From Acidimicrobiales bacterium (GTDB lineage Bacteria > Actinomycetota > Acidimicrobiia > Acidimicrobiales > Bog-793), in the NCBI GenBank assembly GCA_050015475.1, contig JBEKBI010000006.1, positions 7,040-71,039 of the forward strand: a stretch of 64,000 bases of DNA, given 5' to 3'. A model generated the notes under the pieces. That model saw only the letters and a program-made list of their open reading frames with translations, was not told the origin of the DNA and made no database searches. Below, piece after piece: positions 63,129 to 64,000 of the stretch; the stretch's first letter is position 1; each line of letters opens with the position of its first letter. The translations under genes and the position numbers were made by a program.

Positions 63129-63668
63129 ATGCTGTTTGCTAGCGCCGGGGCCGGTGGGTCCCGTGGCGACTTTCTGATTCCGAACGGGACGTTCGTTGTC
63201 GAGTTGGTCATCTTTCTCGTCGTCCTCGGGGTCATGGCGAAATGGATCCTGCCGCCGCTGCAGGACGTGGCCGAGACGCGGAAGCTACGCATTCATTCGG
63301 CAATGCAGAAGGCGGAGCAGGCGCGTGTTGAGGCTAAGCGTTTGCGCGATGAACGCGACCGGGTGCTGGCCGCCGCGCGGGCAGACGCTCGCGCCATCAT
63401 CGACCGCGCCAACAAGGACGCCGATGTTGCGTTCGAAGAAAGGCGCAAGGAGGGTCAGGAGGAGCATGAGCGACTGATAGCGGCGTCTCGGGCTGTGACA
63501 GCAGACGAGTCCCGGCGAGTCCGCGAAGAGCTTGTCGGGCGTCTCGACACCCTTGTGGTGGCCGCGGCCGAGCGCGTGCTTGGGAACAGCGTTGAGATTG
63601 AGCGGCATCGTGGCTTGATTGAAAACGCGGTGGCTGGGGCAACATCCGCTGACGGGGGACAGGGCTGA
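63129..63668 (+). CDS. atpF: F0F1 ATP synthase subunit b
   Basis: FLIPNGTF.VELVIF, a single TM and an Ala/Arg/Glu coiled coil. Confidence 0.92.
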   Translation: MLFASAGAGGSRGDFLIPNGTFVVELVIFLVVLGVMAKWILPPLQDVAETRKLRIHSAMQKAEQARVEAKRLRDERDRVLAAARADARAIIDRANKDADVAFEERRKEGQEEHERLIAASRAVTADESRRVREELVGRLDTLVVAAAERVLGNSVEIERHRGLIENAVAGATSADGGQG

Positions 63669-63670
63669 CT

Positions 63671-64000
63671 ATGGCGGCGTATCTGGCCGAGGCAGTCGGC
63701 TTCGTTCTGTTCCTAGCGTTCATCTACCGCTACGTGCGCCCATTCCTGAAGAGGATGATGGACAGGCAGGCCGACGCGATCAGGACGTCGCTCAGCTCCG
63801 CCGACGCCGCGGCCGAGAACGGCGAGCGCATCCTTGCCGACGCACGCGCCGCGCTGGAGGCGGCACGTTCGGAGGCTGCCGAGATCATCGCGCGCTCCGA
63901 GGAGATCGCCGCTCAGATAATCAGCGACGGAAAGTTGCGCGGGCAGGAAGAGCATGACCGGCTCGTAGCCGGTGCGGCAGTCGTAGCCGACTTCGAGTGC
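63671..64000 (+). CDS. Second b-type subunit (b' or b-delta fusion), truncated by the window end
   Basis: Manual translation MAAYLAEAVGFVLFLAFIYRYVRPFLKRMMDRQADAIRTSL...ARSEAAEII shows one TM plus a coiled coil, open to the window end. Confidence 0.85.
   Translation, partial: MAAYLAEAVGFVLFLAFIYRYVRPFLKRMMDRQADAIRTSLSSADAAAENGERILADARAALEAARSEAAEIIARSEEIAAQIISDGKLRGQEEHDRLVAGAAVVADFEC

Overview
High-GC actinobacterial chromosome segment, most consistent with class Acidimicrobiia. This is inferred from gene order and protein style, not from a database search. It is almost entirely core housekeeping DNA: sigH/rsrA, tilS-hpt-folE-folP-X-folB-folK, panG-panC-nadB-nadC-coaX-lysS, clpC-radA-carD-ispD-ispF-rlmB, gltA, groEL with a perfect CIRCE, otsA/otsB, acnA, tRNA-Arg(CCG)-argS-lysA-hom-thrC-rho-rpmE-prfA-prmC-tsaC-rpiB-glyA, and the start of the atp operon. 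I saw no CRISPR array, integrase, transposase or prophage. Best leads: (1) a TPR-CHAT caspase-like protease with an intact His/Cys dyad and a small upstream partner, next to an ECF sigma/anti-sigma pair; (2) a dual-specificity-phosphatase-fold protein lacking the catalytic Cys, translationally coupled inside the folate operon where the pathway has an unassigned dephosphorylation step; (3) a LarE-like sulfurtransferase, NIL protein and ubiquitin-like sulfur carrier without larB/larC; (4) a ~280-aa Arg/Gly-rich extension on RlmB; (5) a long structured rho leader and a pan-motif-like hairpin; (6) a mycobacterial-type ATP synthase c subunit; (7) pervasive leaderless promoters. Start codons were adjusted by eye, and all family assignments come from motif recognition.
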